Part shown: piece by piece, positions 21,999 to 31,526 of the stretch
Position numbering within the stretch: position 1 is the stretch's first letter
Layout: each line of letters starts with the position of its first letter
Assembly (NCBI GenBank): GCA_048498415.1
Contig: JBEHYA010000001.1
Span: forward strand, 1 to 60,623
DNA: 60,623 nucleotides
Direction of reading: 5' to 3'
Source of the DNA: Pseudomonadota bacterium
Lineage (GTDB): Bacteria; Pseudomonadota; Alphaproteobacteria; UBA9219; RGZA01
Program-made: the position numbers and the translations under genes
The notes under the pieces: generated by a model
Databases searched by the model: none
Told to the model about the DNA's origin: nothing
Seen by the model: the letters and a program-made list of their open reading frames with translations, nothing else

Positions 21999-22480
21999 TT
22001 GGCTTTGTTATACATATCCAGCGCGGCCTGCAGGATAATTTGCGCCGCGATTTTATCAATGACTTCGCCGCGCCGCTTGCGGCTCACATCGGCTTGCGTT
22101 ATCAAAAAGCGTTCCGCCTGCGCGGTTGTGAGGCGTTCATCGTAAAAACTCACTTCCGGCATGCGCGGGAATAGCGGGGCATGATCGTGCATTTGTTTAG
22201 CGAAAAGCTCTGCCGCATCCGACGACGCGTTCTTGCCGCCATCCAGATGCAGCGGCATGCCGATCACATAACCCCCGATGTCGCGCATTTTCGCAATCTC
22301 GGCCAGCTGGGCCAGATCCTGCGTTAATTTGCCGCGCTGGATGGTGACAAGGGGAATGGCCTGCTGCCAGTCAGGGTCGCTGATGGCAACGCCAATGGTG
22401 CGGCTGCCCACATCCAGCCCCAGCACGGCATGGCCTTTTTTAAGGCGTTTTAACAGATGCGGCCAGGGATGAACGGGCAT
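21995..22480 (-). CDS. ruvX: Holliday junction resolvase-like RNase RuvX (YqgF)
   Basis: LGLDVGSRTIGVAISD N-terminal motif and a C-terminal ...RKRRGEVIDKIAAQIILQ. 161 aa. Confidence 0.9.
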   Translation of the reverse strand: MPVHPWPHLLKRLKKGHAVLGLDVGSRTIGVAISDPDWQQAIPLVTIQRGKLTQDLAQLAEIAKMRDIGGYVIGMPLHLDGGKNASSDAAELFAKQMHDHAPLFPRMPEVSFYDERLTTAQAERFLITQADVSRKRRGEVIDKIAAQIILQAALDMYNKAK

Positions 22481-22569
22481 AAGCGGCCAAGTCGAAGGGT
22501 TGTGTTTTGCTGCATTTAAATTAAGATGCGGAGCTTATATAGCAATAACCTTTATCCCCCGCCAGAGAC

Positions 22570-22869
22570 ATGACCACCGACGCCAAAATCGATAAAGAAC
22601 TGGTGACCCGCATTGCGGGACTAGCCCGTATTCGCATCACGGAAGAAGAAAAAGAACCGCTCGCAAAAGAACTGCAAGGCATTTTTACCTGGATCGGCCA
22701 ATTGAACGAAGTGGACACCAGCAAGGTGGAACCGCTCACCTCCGTTGTGGAAACCCAATTGCCGCAACGCGAAGATAAGGTCACCGATGGCGGCTATGCC
22801 GCCGATGTGCTGGCCAACGCCCCGAAACAAGCCGCCGGCTATTTCGTGGTTCCCAAAGTGATTGAATAA
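22570..22869 (+). CDS. gatC: Asp-tRNA(Asn)/Glu-tRNA(Gln) amidotransferase subunit C
   Basis: 99 aa with ...LARIRITEEEKE...I..W..QL.EVDT and gatCAB order. Confidence 0.92.
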   Translation: MTTDAKIDKELVTRIAGLARIRITEEEKEPLAKELQGIFTWIGQLNEVDTSKVEPLTSVVETQLPQREDKVTDGGYAADVLANAPKQAAGYFVVPKVIE

Positions 22870-22890
22870 GTTTTAGAAGCGAAAAATCCC

Positions 22891-24372
22891 ATGACCAACC
22901 TGACCCAGCTGACCCTTGCCGAAGCGCTTGAGGGCATGAAGGCAAAGAAATTCAGCGCGACCGAGCTCACCAAGGCTTATATCGCGGCCGTCGAAAAAAT
23001 CCGCCCGCTCAATGCGTATATCACCGAGACGCCGGAGATTGCGCTGGCCCAGGCGAAAGAGTCCGACGCGCGTTATGCCAACGGCACCGCCAGGCCACTG
23101 GATGGCGCGCCGATTGGCATCAAAGATCTCTATTGCACCAAAGACGTGCAAACCACCGCAAGCAGCAATATTTTAAAGGGCTACAAACCCAAATATGAAT
23201 CCACCGTGACCTCGCATTTATGGCGCGATGGCGCCGTGATGCTGGGTAAACTGGCGATGGATGAATTTGCCATGGGTTCCTCCACCGCTACCTCCGCCTT
23301 CGGCCCCGTGATCAGCCCGTGGAGCGGTGAAAACCCGGCCACGGCAAATCGCAAACTCGTTCCCGGCGGTTCCTCGGGTGGTTCGTCTGCCGCCGTCGCT
23401 GCGCATGGCGCGATTGCGGCTACCGGTACCGATACCGGCGGTTCCATCCGTCAGCCGGCGGCGTATACCGGCATCACCGGCATCAAGCCTACCTATGGCC
23501 GGTGTTCCCGCTACGGCATCGTGGCGTTTGCCTCGTCGCTTGATCAGGCGGGCCCCCTCACGCGCACGGTGAAAGACAGCGCCATCATGCTGCGTTCCAT
23601 GGCAGGCCATGACCCCATGGATAGCACTAGCGTCAACCGCGCCGTGCCTGATTATGTCGCCGCGTTGCAGGGCGGCGTGGGCGGTCTTCGCATTGGTGTC
23701 CCCCGCGAATACCGCGTGGATGGCATGCCCGCTGAAATCGACGACGCATGGAAAAAAGGCATCAAGATCTTGAAGGATGCCGGCGCCCAGATCGTGGATA
23801 TCAGCCTGCCGCATACCAAATATGCTTTGGCCGTCTATTACATCGTCGCGCCCGCTGAATGTTCGTCGAATTTGGCGCGCTATGATGGCGTGCGTTTCGG
23901 CCAGCGCGTCGCCGGCAAGAGCCTGCCGGAAATGTACGCCAACACCCGCGCCGAAGGCTTCGGCAAGGAAGTGCGCCGCCGCATCATGATCGGCACCTAT
24001 GTGCTGTCGGCGGGGTATTACGATGCGTATTATCTCAAAGCGCAGAAGGTGCGTAAGTGCATCTCGAACGATTTCGCGGAAGCTTTCAAGAAATGCGATG
24101 TCATTCTCACGCCAACGGCGCCAAGTGAAGCCTTTGCGCTGGGCGAGAAGGAAGATGATCCCATCAAGATGTGGCTGAACGACGTGTTCACGGTGCCGGC
24201 CTCGCTCGCGGGTCTGCCGGGCCTTGCGCTCCCCATCGGCCTCTCGCGTAACAAGCTGCCGCTGGGCTTGCAACTCATCGGCCGGCCCTTCGATGAAGAA
24301 ACCGTTTTAAGCGTTGGGTATGTGCTGGAACAGGCTGCGGGCTTTAACGCCAAGCCGCCCTTCATGGCGTAA
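22891..24372 (+). CDS. gatA: Asp-tRNA(Asn)/Glu-tRNA(Gln) amidotransferase subunit A
   Basis: Amidase signature [13 protein letters not shown]...[13 protein letters not shown]. 493 aa. Confidence 0.96.
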   Translation: MTNLTQLTLAEALEGMKAKKFSATELTKAYIAAVEKIRPLNAYITETPEIALAQAKESDARYANGTARPLDGAPIGIKDLYCTKDVQTTASSNILKGYKPKYESTVTSHLWRDGAVMLGKLAMDEFAMGSSTATSAFGPVISPWSGENPATANRKLVPGGSSGGSSAAVAAHGAIAATGTDTGGSIRQPAAYTGITGIKPTYGRCSRYGIVAFASSLDQAGPLTRTVKDSAIMLRSMAGHDPMDSTSVNRAVPDYVAALQGGVGGLRIGVPREYRVDGMPAEIDDAWKKGIKILKDAGAQIVDISLPHTKYALAVYYIVAPAECSSNLARYDGVRFGQRVAGKSLPEMYANTRAEGFGKEVRRRIMIGTYVLSAGYYDAYYLKAQKVRKCISNDFAEAFKKCDVILTPTAPSEAFALGEKEDDPIKMWLNDVFTVPASLAGLPGLALPIGLSRNKLPLGLQLIGRPFDEETVLSVGYVLEQAAGFNAKPPFMA

Positions 24373-24384
24373 AGGATTTAGAAC

Positions 24385-25836
24385 ATGTCATATATCAAAG
24401 GCGAAACAGGCGATTGGGAAGTAGTGATCGGCATGGAAGTCCATGCGCAGGTGCTCTCCAATTCCAAACTTTTCTCGGGCGCCGCTACGGCGTTTGGCGC
24501 GGAGCCTAACAGCCAGGTCAGCTTCATCGATGCCGGCATGCCGGGCATGCTCCCCGTCATCAACAAAGTCTGCGTGGAGCAGGCGGTGCGTACAGGGCTT
24601 GGTTTGCACGCCGAGATTAATCTCCGCTCCATCTTCGATCGCAAAAACTATTTCTATGCCGATCTTCCCACCGGCTATCAGATCAGCCAGTACAAAGACC
24701 CGATTGTGGGCAAGGGCGAGATTGAAATTGATCTGCCCGATGGCAGCGTGCGCAAAGTCGGCATCACGCGCCTTCACCTTGAACAGGATGCGGGCAAGAG
24801 TTTGCACGACCAGAACCCCACGGAATCCTATATCGATCTCAACCGCGCGGGCGTGGCGCTCATGGAAATCGTGTCGGAACCCGATATGCGCTCGGCCGAA
24901 GAAGCCGGCGCGTTTTTGAAGAAACTCCGCGCCATTGTGCGGTATTTAGGCACCTGCGATGGCAATATGGATGAAGGCTCCATGCGCGCTGACGTGAATG
25001 TTTCCGTCCGCAAACCCGGCGCGCCCTATGGCACGCGCTGCGAAATCAAGAACGTGAATTCCATGCGCTTTGTCGCGCAAGCCGTTGAATACGAATCCCG
25101 CCGTCAGGTGGAAATTCTCGAATCCGGCGGCACGATCAAGCAGGAAACCCGTTTATTCGATAACGCCAAGGGCGAGACGCGTTCCATGCGCAGCAAGGAA
25201 GATGCGCATGATTACCGTTACTTCCCCGATCCGGATTTATTGCCGCTTGTGCTCGATAAAGCCTGGGTCGAGAGCATCAAGAAAACGCTGCCCGAATTGC
25301 CGGACGAGAAAAAAGCCCGCTTCATCAAAAACTACGGCCTTACCGCCTACGATGCCGGCGTGCTGGTTGCCGAACGCGATACCGCCGATTTTTATGAAAG
25401 CGTCGCCAAAGGCCGTGACGGCAAACTGGCTGCCAACTGGGTAATGGGCGAACTTTTTGCCGCCCTCAACAAACAGGATAAAACCATTACCGAAAGCCCG
25501 GTCTCCGCGGCCTCATTAGGCGCGCTTGTGGATCTCATCTCCAACAACACCATCTCCGGCCGCATCGCCAAGGAAGTGTTCGAGGATATGTTGGCGACCG
25601 GCAAGGAACCCGGCGCGATCGTGCAGGAAAAAGGCCTGCAGCAGGTCAGCGATACCGGCGCTCTGGAAAAAGCCATTGATGAAGTGATGGCGGCGAATGC
25701 CGACAAGGTTGCCGAATTCCGTTCCGGCAAAGACAAGCTGTTCGGCTTCTTCGTCGGCCAGGTCATGAAATCCACGGGCGGCAAAGCCAACCCCGGCGTG
25801 GTCAACGATCTATTAAAGAAGAAGCTTCAGGGCTAA
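24385..25836 (+). CDS. gatB: Asp-tRNA(Asn)/Glu-tRNA(Gln) amidotransferase subunit B
   Basis: [24 protein letters not shown] and a C-terminal YqeY-like domain. 483 aa. Confidence 0.96.
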   Translation: MSYIKGETGDWEVVIGMEVHAQVLSNSKLFSGAATAFGAEPNSQVSFIDAGMPGMLPVINKVCVEQAVRTGLGLHAEINLRSIFDRKNYFYADLPTGYQISQYKDPIVGKGEIEIDLPDGSVRKVGITRLHLEQDAGKSLHDQNPTESYIDLNRAGVALMEIVSEPDMRSAEEAGAFLKKLRAIVRYLGTCDGNMDEGSMRADVNVSVRKPGAPYGTRCEIKNVNSMRFVAQAVEYESRRQVEILESGGTIKQETRLFDNAKGETRSMRSKEDAHDYRYFPDPDLLPLVLDKAWVESIKKTLPELPDEKKARFIKNYGLTAYDAGVLVAERDTADFYESVAKGRDGKLAANWVMGELFAALNKQDKTITESPVSAASLGALVDLISNNTISGRIAKEVFEDMLATGKEPGAIVQEKGLQQVSDTGALEKAIDEVMAANADKVAEFRSGKDKLFGFFVGQVMKSTGGKANPGVVNDLLKKKLQG

Positions 25837-25848
25837 CCTTTAAGGTAT

Positions 25849-25920
25849 GCCCCGGCGAAAGCCGGGGCCCATTTCTACGCATTCGGATTGCTGATCGATG
25901 GGCCCCGTTTTTCAACGGGG
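25849..25920. repeat. REP-like hairpins (family 1, inverted copy with a 34-nt spacer between stems)
   Basis: gccccggc-gaaa-gccggggc (25849-25868) and ccccgt-ttttca-acgggg (25903-25920) are the reverse complements of the pair at 5175-5210. Confidence 0.7.
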
Positions 25921-25940
25921 CGTACATGTGAAATAAAAAA

Positions 25941-25962
25941 CCCGCCGGTTAGAGCCGGCGGG
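25941..25962 (-). terminator. Rho-independent terminator, strong on the minus strand and weak for gatB
   Basis: cccgccgg-ttagag-ccggcggg. An A7 run on the plus strand gives a T7 tail for the minus-strand small ORF. Confidence 0.7.
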
Positions 25963-25997
25963 TTTGAAGTTCGCTTAACGGAGCAACAGAAGAAAAA

Positions 25998-26225
25998 TCA
26001 GATATAGCTTTCAGCGGGCAAACGGCGACGGCGGCCGCGGCGCGGCACCATGCCAAAGTTTTCGCTGCCATCGCGGTTCAGGCCCGCCATGGTCGAGAGT
26101 TCGCATAACGCGCGCTGCAAATTGACCTTATCACGCAGGTCATCGCGGTCATGGACCGCCATGCAGCTAAGCTTGTTTTCGATGAGATCCATCATCGCAG
26201 TAATAGAAGACGTAGAGAGGGACAT
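25998..26225 (-). CDS. hypothetical 75-aa protein with an Arg-rich tail, divergent from the che operon
   Basis: ATG at 26225 follows GGGGAAAGG; the track ORF starts at TTG 26243. Helical-looking N-terminus and a ...PRRGRRRRLPAESYI tail, with its own terminator. No family recognised. Confidence 0.5.
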   Translation of the reverse strand: MSLSTSSITAMMDLIENKLSCMAVHDRDDLRDKVNLQRALCELSTMAGLNRDGSENFGMVPRRGRRRRLPAESYI

Positions 26226-26600
26226 GGCCGCACCTTTCCCCAAAAGAATTCGTTCGATGCTTCCGTTATCGCAAATAAGGGTAAAAAATAGGCTAAGTTT
26301 GAAATAATTTATCGTAAAAAAGCATTGTATTTCATATGGTTAAATTTCCGCTAATGGAATATTTGCATGACTGCATGCCGCGATTTTTGGGGATAATTCG
26401 GCCCCGTTTTTAACCGCGTTCTTGATGCGCGCGCGGAACATTCATCGCCTTCAAAACAAAAGAAAAAATCGCGGCGAAGCGTAACGGAAAGTGAGCGCTA
26501 CGGGGCGTTATGTGTTAAGTTTTTGGTAGCACCTCGCATGATACGAGGTAAGAAAGCGCTAACCGTCTTCTTTGCTCATCCGTTAAAGCCTGTTTACCAT

Positions 26601-26873
26601 ATGATCACGCTCCCCGCCGATTTTGATGCCATGGCCGCCATCCAGTTCTACGATGTCGCGCGCGGCGAAGATTTATCCCAGGATTTGCGCCTCAATGCCG
26701 AAGGCGTCGCCAAAATCGGCACGCTTGGCGTGCAAACGCTGCTCTCTTTGGAAAAAACGCTGCAGCAGCAGGGCAAGGCGCTGCATGTCGATAACGCCAG
26801 CAAGGAATTCAAGGACGTATTGGAAGAACTTGGTTTGGGCGATGCCCTGAAGCGCTGGGGCGCCGCATCATGA
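26601..26873 (+). CDS. STAS-domain protein (CheS-like) leading the chemotaxis operon
   Basis: About 90 aa with anti-sigma-antagonist-like STAS features (...GVAKIGTLGVQTLLSLEKTLQQQGKALHVDNAS..F.DVLEELGL). ATGA overlap with cheY. Same position as orf2/cheS in the Sinorhizobium-type che operon. Confidence 0.65.
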   Translation: MITLPADFDAMAAIQFYDVARGEDLSQDLRLNAEGVAKIGTLGVQTLLSLEKTLQQQGKALHVDNASKEFKDVLEELGLGDALKRWGAAS

Positions 26874-27235
26874 GTCGGGTGGTGATGACGGTCGACGACA
26901 GCAAAACCATGCGGGAAATGGTCGCCTTTACGCTGAAACAGGCGGGTTTTGAAGTGAAGCAGGCGGAACACGGGCAGGATGCCCTGAACGTATTGGGGAA
27001 CGATAAGGTGGATTGCATCGTCACCGACCTCAACATGCCCGTGATGGATGGCTTGCAGCTCATCCGCGAGCTTCGCGTGCATGCCGTGCACAAGGCCACG
27101 CCCATCATTATGCTCACGACCGAAAGTGACGAGAACAAAAAACGCGAAGGCCGCGAAGCCGGCGCGACCGGCTGGCTGGTCAAACCGTTCAATCCGGAAA
27201 AACTCATCAACACCATCAACAAGGTTACCGTATAG
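26870..27235 (+). CDS. cheY: chemotaxis response regulator CheY
   Basis: Single REC domain of 121 aa with VDDS..MR, IVTDLNMPVMDG and LVKPF. Confidence 0.92.
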   Translation: MSRVVMTVDDSKTMREMVAFTLKQAGFEVKQAEHGQDALNVLGNDKVDCIVTDLNMPVMDGLQLIRELRVHAVHKATPIIMLTTESDENKKREGREAGATGWLVKPFNPEKLINTINKVTV

Positions 27236-27244
27236 GCGCTGCCC

Positions 27245-29449
27245 ATGGGACAGATGGACGAATTCAAAGGCCTGTTTTTCGAAGAGTCGAACGACCTTTT
27301 AACGCAGGCCGAAGAAAGCCTGATGGATCTTTCGCCCGAAGACCCCAGCCCGGATACGCTGGGCGCGATTTTCCGCGCCGTGCATTCCATCAAAGGCGGC
27401 GCCGGCGCGTTCGGCTTTGAACGCCTGGTGAAATTCACCCATAGTTTTGAAACGGTGCTCGATGCGCTTCGCAGCGGCAAGATCGGCTTGGATAAATCCA
27501 AGCACGAACTGCTGATGAAAGGCTTCGATCTTGTGTCGGATTTAGTGCGCGAAGCCAAGGGCGACGTGCAACTGGCCGCCGACCGTGAAGCGCCGATTTT
27601 GCATGGCCTTGGCGAATGGTACCCGCAATTGCACGGTGTCGGCGGCGCCCCCAAGGTGCTTAAACCCGCCGCGGCTCCCGCGCCGGCCCCTGCGGCCCCT
27701 GCGCCCGTTGCAGCGGCACCAGCAGCAGCCCCCGCGGCGCCTGCCGCACCCGCCAGCAAAGCCAAGCGCTGGATGATTTTCTTCAAGCCCTATAATTCCC
27801 TGTACGTGAAGGCGAACGAGCCGCTGCTGCTGTTGCGGCAAGTGCAAAAGATGGGCACATCCAAACTGCTCTGCACCATCGACCACGTGCCCACGTTAGA
27901 TAGCTTCGATCCTGAAGAAGCGTATTTAAACTGGACGGTGGAAATCGAGACCGAGCGTTCGGAAAAAGAACTCGCCGAAGTATTCGAATTTGTGGAAGGC
28001 GACTGCGATCTCATCATCGGCCCGATGGATGGTTTCCTTGATGCGCCGCCCGAAGAGTCTGCCGATATGCCCGGCATCGCAGTGGAACAGCCGGCTGCTG
28101 CCCCCGTTGAAGCCGCACCGGTGGAAGCCGCGCCCGTTGCCGCTGCACCCGCCACCGAGCATCACGATGAACACGCCGCCGCGCCCAAAGTGCCCGCGGC
28201 GGGTAAAGCCGGCGCAGAGAAAGAAGAAAAAGTCGCCGCCGTTACATCCATCCGCGTCGATCTCGATAAGATTGATAAGCTCGTCAACATGGTGGGCGAA
28301 ATCGTTATTACCCAAGCCATGGTGCAGCAGCAGCTCTCCGAGCTCGAGCTTGATAAGCCGGAACTTTTGCAGGGCCTGGAAGCCATGCAGCAGCACACGC
28401 GCGAACTTCAGGACAGCGTCATGAGCGTGCGCGCGCAACCCGTCAAATCAGTGTTCCAGCGCATGCCGCGTCTGGTGCGCGAACTGGCCAGCCAGCTGAA
28501 TAAAGAAATCAAGCTGGTGACGCTGGGCGAAAACACCGAAGTCGATAAAACGGTTATTGAGCAATTAAGCGATCCGCTCACCCACATGATCCGCAATTCC
28601 GTCGACCACGGCATTGAAATGCCGGAAAAGCGCGTCGCCAACGGCAAGCCATCGGAAGGCACGATTACGTTATCTGCCGAACACCGTTCGGGCCGCATTC
28701 AAATCGAAATCGTCGACGATGGCGGCGGCATCAACCGCGAAAAAGTCAAAGCCAAGTGCATCGAAAAAGGCCTGATCAGCCCGGATGCGCAGCTCACCGA
28801 TGAAGAAATCGACAACTTCATCTTCCTGCCCGGTTTCTCCACGGCCGACAAAGTCTCCAACGTCTCGGGCCGCGGCGTCGGCATGGACGTGGTGAAGAAG
28901 AACATTCAGGCGCTGGGCGGCCGCGTGCATGTGGTCAACAACCCCGGCAAGGGCTCGCGCTTCATTCTCTCGCTCCCCCTCACGCTGGCCGTGCTGGATG
29001 GCATGGTGGTCTCGGTGGGCGCGGAGCGGTATGTGCTTCCCTTGGGCAGCATCATCGAACTGCTGCGGCCCACGCCCGACATGATCTCCAAGCTGGTGAG
29101 CCACGGCGATCTCATCCACATACGCGGCGAATATATTCGCCTTCTCCATCTGCACAGCATCTTCAATATCAAGAACGCCATCACCAATCCGGAAGATGCG
29201 CTGATCGTGCTGGTGGAAGTGGAAGGCGGCAATAAAATCGGCATTGTGGTCGATGAAGTGCTGGGCCAGCAGCAGGTGGTCATCAAGAGCCTGGAAGCCA
29301 GCTACAAGAATATTGAAGGCGTCTCGGCGGCCACCATTCTGGGCGACGGGCGCGTGGCGCTCATTCTCGATGTGATTGGCCTGCGCCAGATCCTGCTCGA
29401 TTCCGCTGTTCTCAAAGATCCTGTTAAAAACGAAGAAAACGCAGCCTAA
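27245..29449 (+). CDS. cheA: chemotaxis histidine kinase CheA
   Basis: P1 Hpt (FRAVHSIKGGAG), P3/P4 (SIRVDLDKIDKLVNMVGE..., DPLTHMIRNSVDHGIE, GRGVGMDVV) and a P5 CheW-like domain. Ala/Pro-rich linkers. Confidence 0.95.
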   Translation: MGQMDEFKGLFFEESNDLLTQAEESLMDLSPEDPSPDTLGAIFRAVHSIKGGAGAFGFERLVKFTHSFETVLDALRSGKIGLDKSKHELLMKGFDLVSDLVREAKGDVQLAADREAPILHGLGEWYPQLHGVGGAPKVLKPAAAPAPAPAAPAPVAAAPAAAPAAPAAPASKAKRWMIFFKPYNSLYVKANEPLLLLRQVQKMGTSKLLCTIDHVPTLDSFDPEEAYLNWTVEIETERSEKELAEVFEFVEGDCDLIIGPMDGFLDAPPEESADMPGIAVEQPAAAPVEAAPVEAAPVAAAPATEHHDEHAAAPKVPAAGKAGAEKEEKVAAVTSIRVDLDKIDKLVNMVGEIVITQAMVQQQLSELELDKPELLQGLEAMQQHTRELQDSVMSVRAQPVKSVFQRMPRLVRELASQLNKEIKLVTLGENTEVDKTVIEQLSDPLTHMIRNSVDHGIEMPEKRVANGKPSEGTITLSAEHRSGRIQIEIVDDGGGINREKVKAKCIEKGLISPDAQLTDEEIDNFIFLPGFSTADKVSNVSGRGVGMDVVKKNIQALGGRVHVVNNPGKGSRFILSLPLTLAVLDGMVVSVGAERYVLPLGSIIELLRPTPDMISKLVSHGDLIHIRGEYIRLLHLHSIFNIKNAITNPEDALIVLVEVEGGNKIGIVVDEVLGQQQVVIKSLEASYKNIEGVSAATILGDGRVALILDVIGLRQILLDSAVLKDPVKNEENAA

Positions 29450-29461
29450 CGGAGAAACCCC

Positions 29462-29974
29462 ATGGCTAATCCCCCCGCAGTCACTGGCGCTAAAGGCGAG
29501 GAAGTCTCCTCGAACACCATCCAGTTCATTGCCTTCAAGATCGGCAAGGAAGAATACGGCGTCGACATCATGGCCGTGCGCGAAATTAAGGGCTGGATTC
29601 CGGCCACGCGCCTTCCCAACGCGCCGCATTATGTGCGGGGCGTCATCAACCTGCGCGGCCTCATGGTGCCCATCTTTGACCTTCGCGCCCGTTTTGGCGG
29701 CGGCGAGACCGAGATCACGCGCACCCATGTGGTCATCATGATCAAGGTGGAAGAACGCGTGTTCGGCGTGCTGGTCGATGCGGTTTCCGACATCCTCACG
29801 GTGGAAGAAAGCGCCATCAAGCCCGCCCCGGAAATGGACCGCGCGGTCGATTCCGGATATTTACGCGGCCTTGTCACCATTAAAGACCGTATGGTGGCGC
29901 TGCTGACATTAGACCGCCTTTTCTCGGTCACGGAAGTGGACGAAGAAGATATCAAGGCCATCGCGGCGCATTAA
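29462..29974 (+). CDS. cheW: chemotaxis coupling protein CheW
   Basis: 170 aa with FKIGKEEYGVDIMAVREIKGW...VINLRG..VPIFDLR. Confidence 0.93.
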   Translation: MANPPAVTGAKGEEVSSNTIQFIAFKIGKEEYGVDIMAVREIKGWIPATRLPNAPHYVRGVINLRGLMVPIFDLRARFGGGETEITRTHVVIMIKVEERVFGVLVDAVSDILTVEESAIKPAPEMDRAVDSGYLRGLVTIKDRMVALLTLDRLFSVTEVDEEDIKAIAAH

Positions 29975-30017
29975 TCCCGTATTGCCTTGGCATGCGGTTT
30001 AGCGTTACTTAAGCGGT

Positions 30018-31076
30018 ATGGTTGATTCGAAGAAGATTTCCGTGATGGTGGTGGATGACTCGGTCGTCATGCGCCAGATGCTCACTGCCATTCTGCAGGA
30101 AGACCCCACTATTCAGGTCATCGCCCAGGCGCCCGATCCCTTGGTCGCCAAGGAACTTCTCAAACAGCATTCGCCCGATGTGATCACGCTGGACGTGGAA
30201 ATGCCGCATATGAGCGGCCTGGAATTTCTTGAAAAAATCATGACCCTCAAGCCCACGCCCGTGGTTATGATTTCCTCGCTCACCATCCGCGGCGCGGAAG
30301 CCACCCTGCATGCGCTTGAACTGGGCGCCGTGGAATATGTGGCCAAACCCACGGCTGATTTACAGAACAACCTGCCGGTACTCGCCGAAGAAATCCGCCG
30401 CAAGGTGCATGTGGCGGCGCGTGCGCGCGTGCGCCCCTTGTTCCGCAAACAGCACCCGCAGGCTGCCGCCAAAATGGCGAACACCGCCATGCGCGCGGGC
30501 GAGAAAATCATTGCCATTGGCTCATCCACGGGCGGCGTGGAAGCGGTCACGCAAATTCTCACGAATTTACCCGCCGACTGCCCGCCAATTCTAATCACGC
30601 AGCATATGCCGGCCACCTTCACCACGTCCTTCGCGCAGCGCCTGAATTCGCTCTGTGCGCTCACGGTGAAGGAGGCGGAGCAGGGCGACCGCATCGTGCC
30701 GGGGCACGTCTATATTGCGCCCGGCAATTTCCATCTGGAACTCGCGCGCCAGGGGTCGGATTACATCTGCAAAATTCATCAGGAGCCGGCGGTATCCGGC
30801 CACCGCCCGTCGGTGGATGTGTTGTTTAAATCGGTTGCCGTGGTGGCGGGCCGTCAGGCGGTTGGCTGCATTCTCACCGGCATGGGCCGCGACGGCGCAG
30901 ATGGCATGCTCGCCATGAAACGCGCTGGCGCCACCAACTACGGACAGGATGAAGCCACAAGCGTTGTGTACGGCATGCCCAAAGCCGCCTTCGATATCGG
31001 CGCCGTGGATAAGCAGTACCCGTTAAAGGAACTCGCCCCCCATATATTGGAAGCGGCCCGCTCCAAAGCGCTTTAA
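30018..31076 (+). CDS. cheB: chemotaxis protein-glutamate methylesterase CheB
   Basis: N-terminal REC (VVDDSVVMR...TLDVEMPHMSG) and a C-terminal methylesterase domain (IGSSTGGVEA, TQHMP, GMGRDGA). Confidence 0.94.
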   Translation: MVDSKKISVMVVDDSVVMRQMLTAILQEDPTIQVIAQAPDPLVAKELLKQHSPDVITLDVEMPHMSGLEFLEKIMTLKPTPVVMISSLTIRGAEATLHALELGAVEYVAKPTADLQNNLPVLAEEIRRKVHVAARARVRPLFRKQHPQAAAKMANTAMRAGEKIIAIGSSTGGVEAVTQILTNLPADCPPILITQHMPATFTTSFAQRLNSLCALTVKEAEQGDRIVPGHVYIAPGNFHLELARQGSDYICKIHQEPAVSGHRPSVDVLFKSVAVVAGRQAVGCILTGMGRDGADGMLAMKRAGATNYGQDEATSVVYGMPKAAFDIGAVDKQYPLKELAPHILEAARSKAL

Positions 31077-31165
31077 GCCCGGTTTTAACGGCTTTTGTGG
31101 CCTCCCATGCGCCCGGAAAAATCCGCTTTTTCAAACCGTTCCCATCTGTTATCTGTGATGCCAAC

Positions 31166-31257
31166 GGACGGGTGGCCGAGTGGCTGAAGGCGGCGGTTTG
31201 CTAAACCGTTATACGGGGAAACCTGTATCGGAGGTTCGAATCCTCTCTCGTCCGCCA
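31166..31257 (+). tRNA. tRNA-Ser (anticodon GCU), encoded CCA end
   Basis: Acceptor GGACGGG/CTCGTCC (one G-U pair), D-arm GCCGAGTGG, anticodon loop TT-GCT-AA, long variable arm (type II tRNA), T-loop GGTTCGAATCC and a CCA terminus. Confidence 0.9.
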
Positions 31258-31265
31258 TTAAAAAA

Positions 31266-31289
31266 GGGCCCCTTTGCGGGCCCTTTTTT
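31266..31289 (+). terminator. Rho-independent terminator after tRNA-Ser
   Basis: gggccc-ctttgc-gggccc followed by TTTTTT. Flanking ccattaaaaaa/ttttttaatgg extends the palindrome. Confidence 0.8.
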
Positions 31290-31304
31290 AATGGCGGTTG
31301 GGCG

Positions 31305-31518
31305 GCGGTGGACGAACCCTCTGGTTCGACAATTTTCCGGAGTGCGCCCTAGCGCACGACCAGAAAATTGCAACTTTGCGCAACGCCCTGGGCGTAGCAA
31401 AGTAATCCTCGCCATGCGCTTACATTTTCATTGACCCCGGCATGCAGCCGCACAGAATACCCTATGCCTTGCCACGCATAGGGGGCTGTTGGCATGAAAA
31501 TCAAAATTGTTCTGACAA
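31305..31518 (+). promoter_or_regulatory. highly structured leader upstream of the LysE-family gene
   Basis: Consecutive hairpins: cgaacc-ctct-ggttcg (31305-31330); caattttc..gtgcgc-ccta-gcgcac..gaaaattg (31330-31370); actttgc..acgcc-ctg-ggcgt..gcaaagt (31373-31403); and attttcat...ccctatgc-cttgccac-gcataggg...atgaaaat (31424-31501). Confidence 0.45.
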
Positions 31519-31526
31519 ATGGCTGA
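31494..31526 (+). CDS. candidate 10-codon upstream ORF (MKIKIVLTNG) overlapping the LysE-family start codon
   Basis: ATG at 31494 lies 8 nt after GGGGG and the stop TGA is at 31524-31526. The downstream gene's ATG (31519) sits inside the uORF and has no SD of its own. The uORF start lies in the 3' arm of the last leader hairpin. Confidence 0.25.
   Translation: MKIKIVLTNG

Noticed and set aside
23218-24273. 351-aa minus-strand ORF inside gatA
   Set aside because: A shadow ORF antisense to gatA, with no recognisable motifs.
26340-26354. CtrA box (TTAA-N7-TTAA) in the che promoter region
   Set aside because: Only an imperfect TTAA-N7-CTAA is present, and such matches are expected by chance in AT-rich DNA. 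It is mentioned only as context.
28670-29728. 352-aa minus-strand ORF spanning the cheA-cheW junction
   Set aside because: It is antisense to two well-supported che genes and crosses their intergenic spacer, so it is a compositional artefact.
31258-31518. Genomic-island integration scar at the tRNA-Ser 3' end
   Set aside because: I saw no integrase, no direct repeat of the tRNA 3' end and no compositional break by eye. The downstream genes look like ordinary metabolism.
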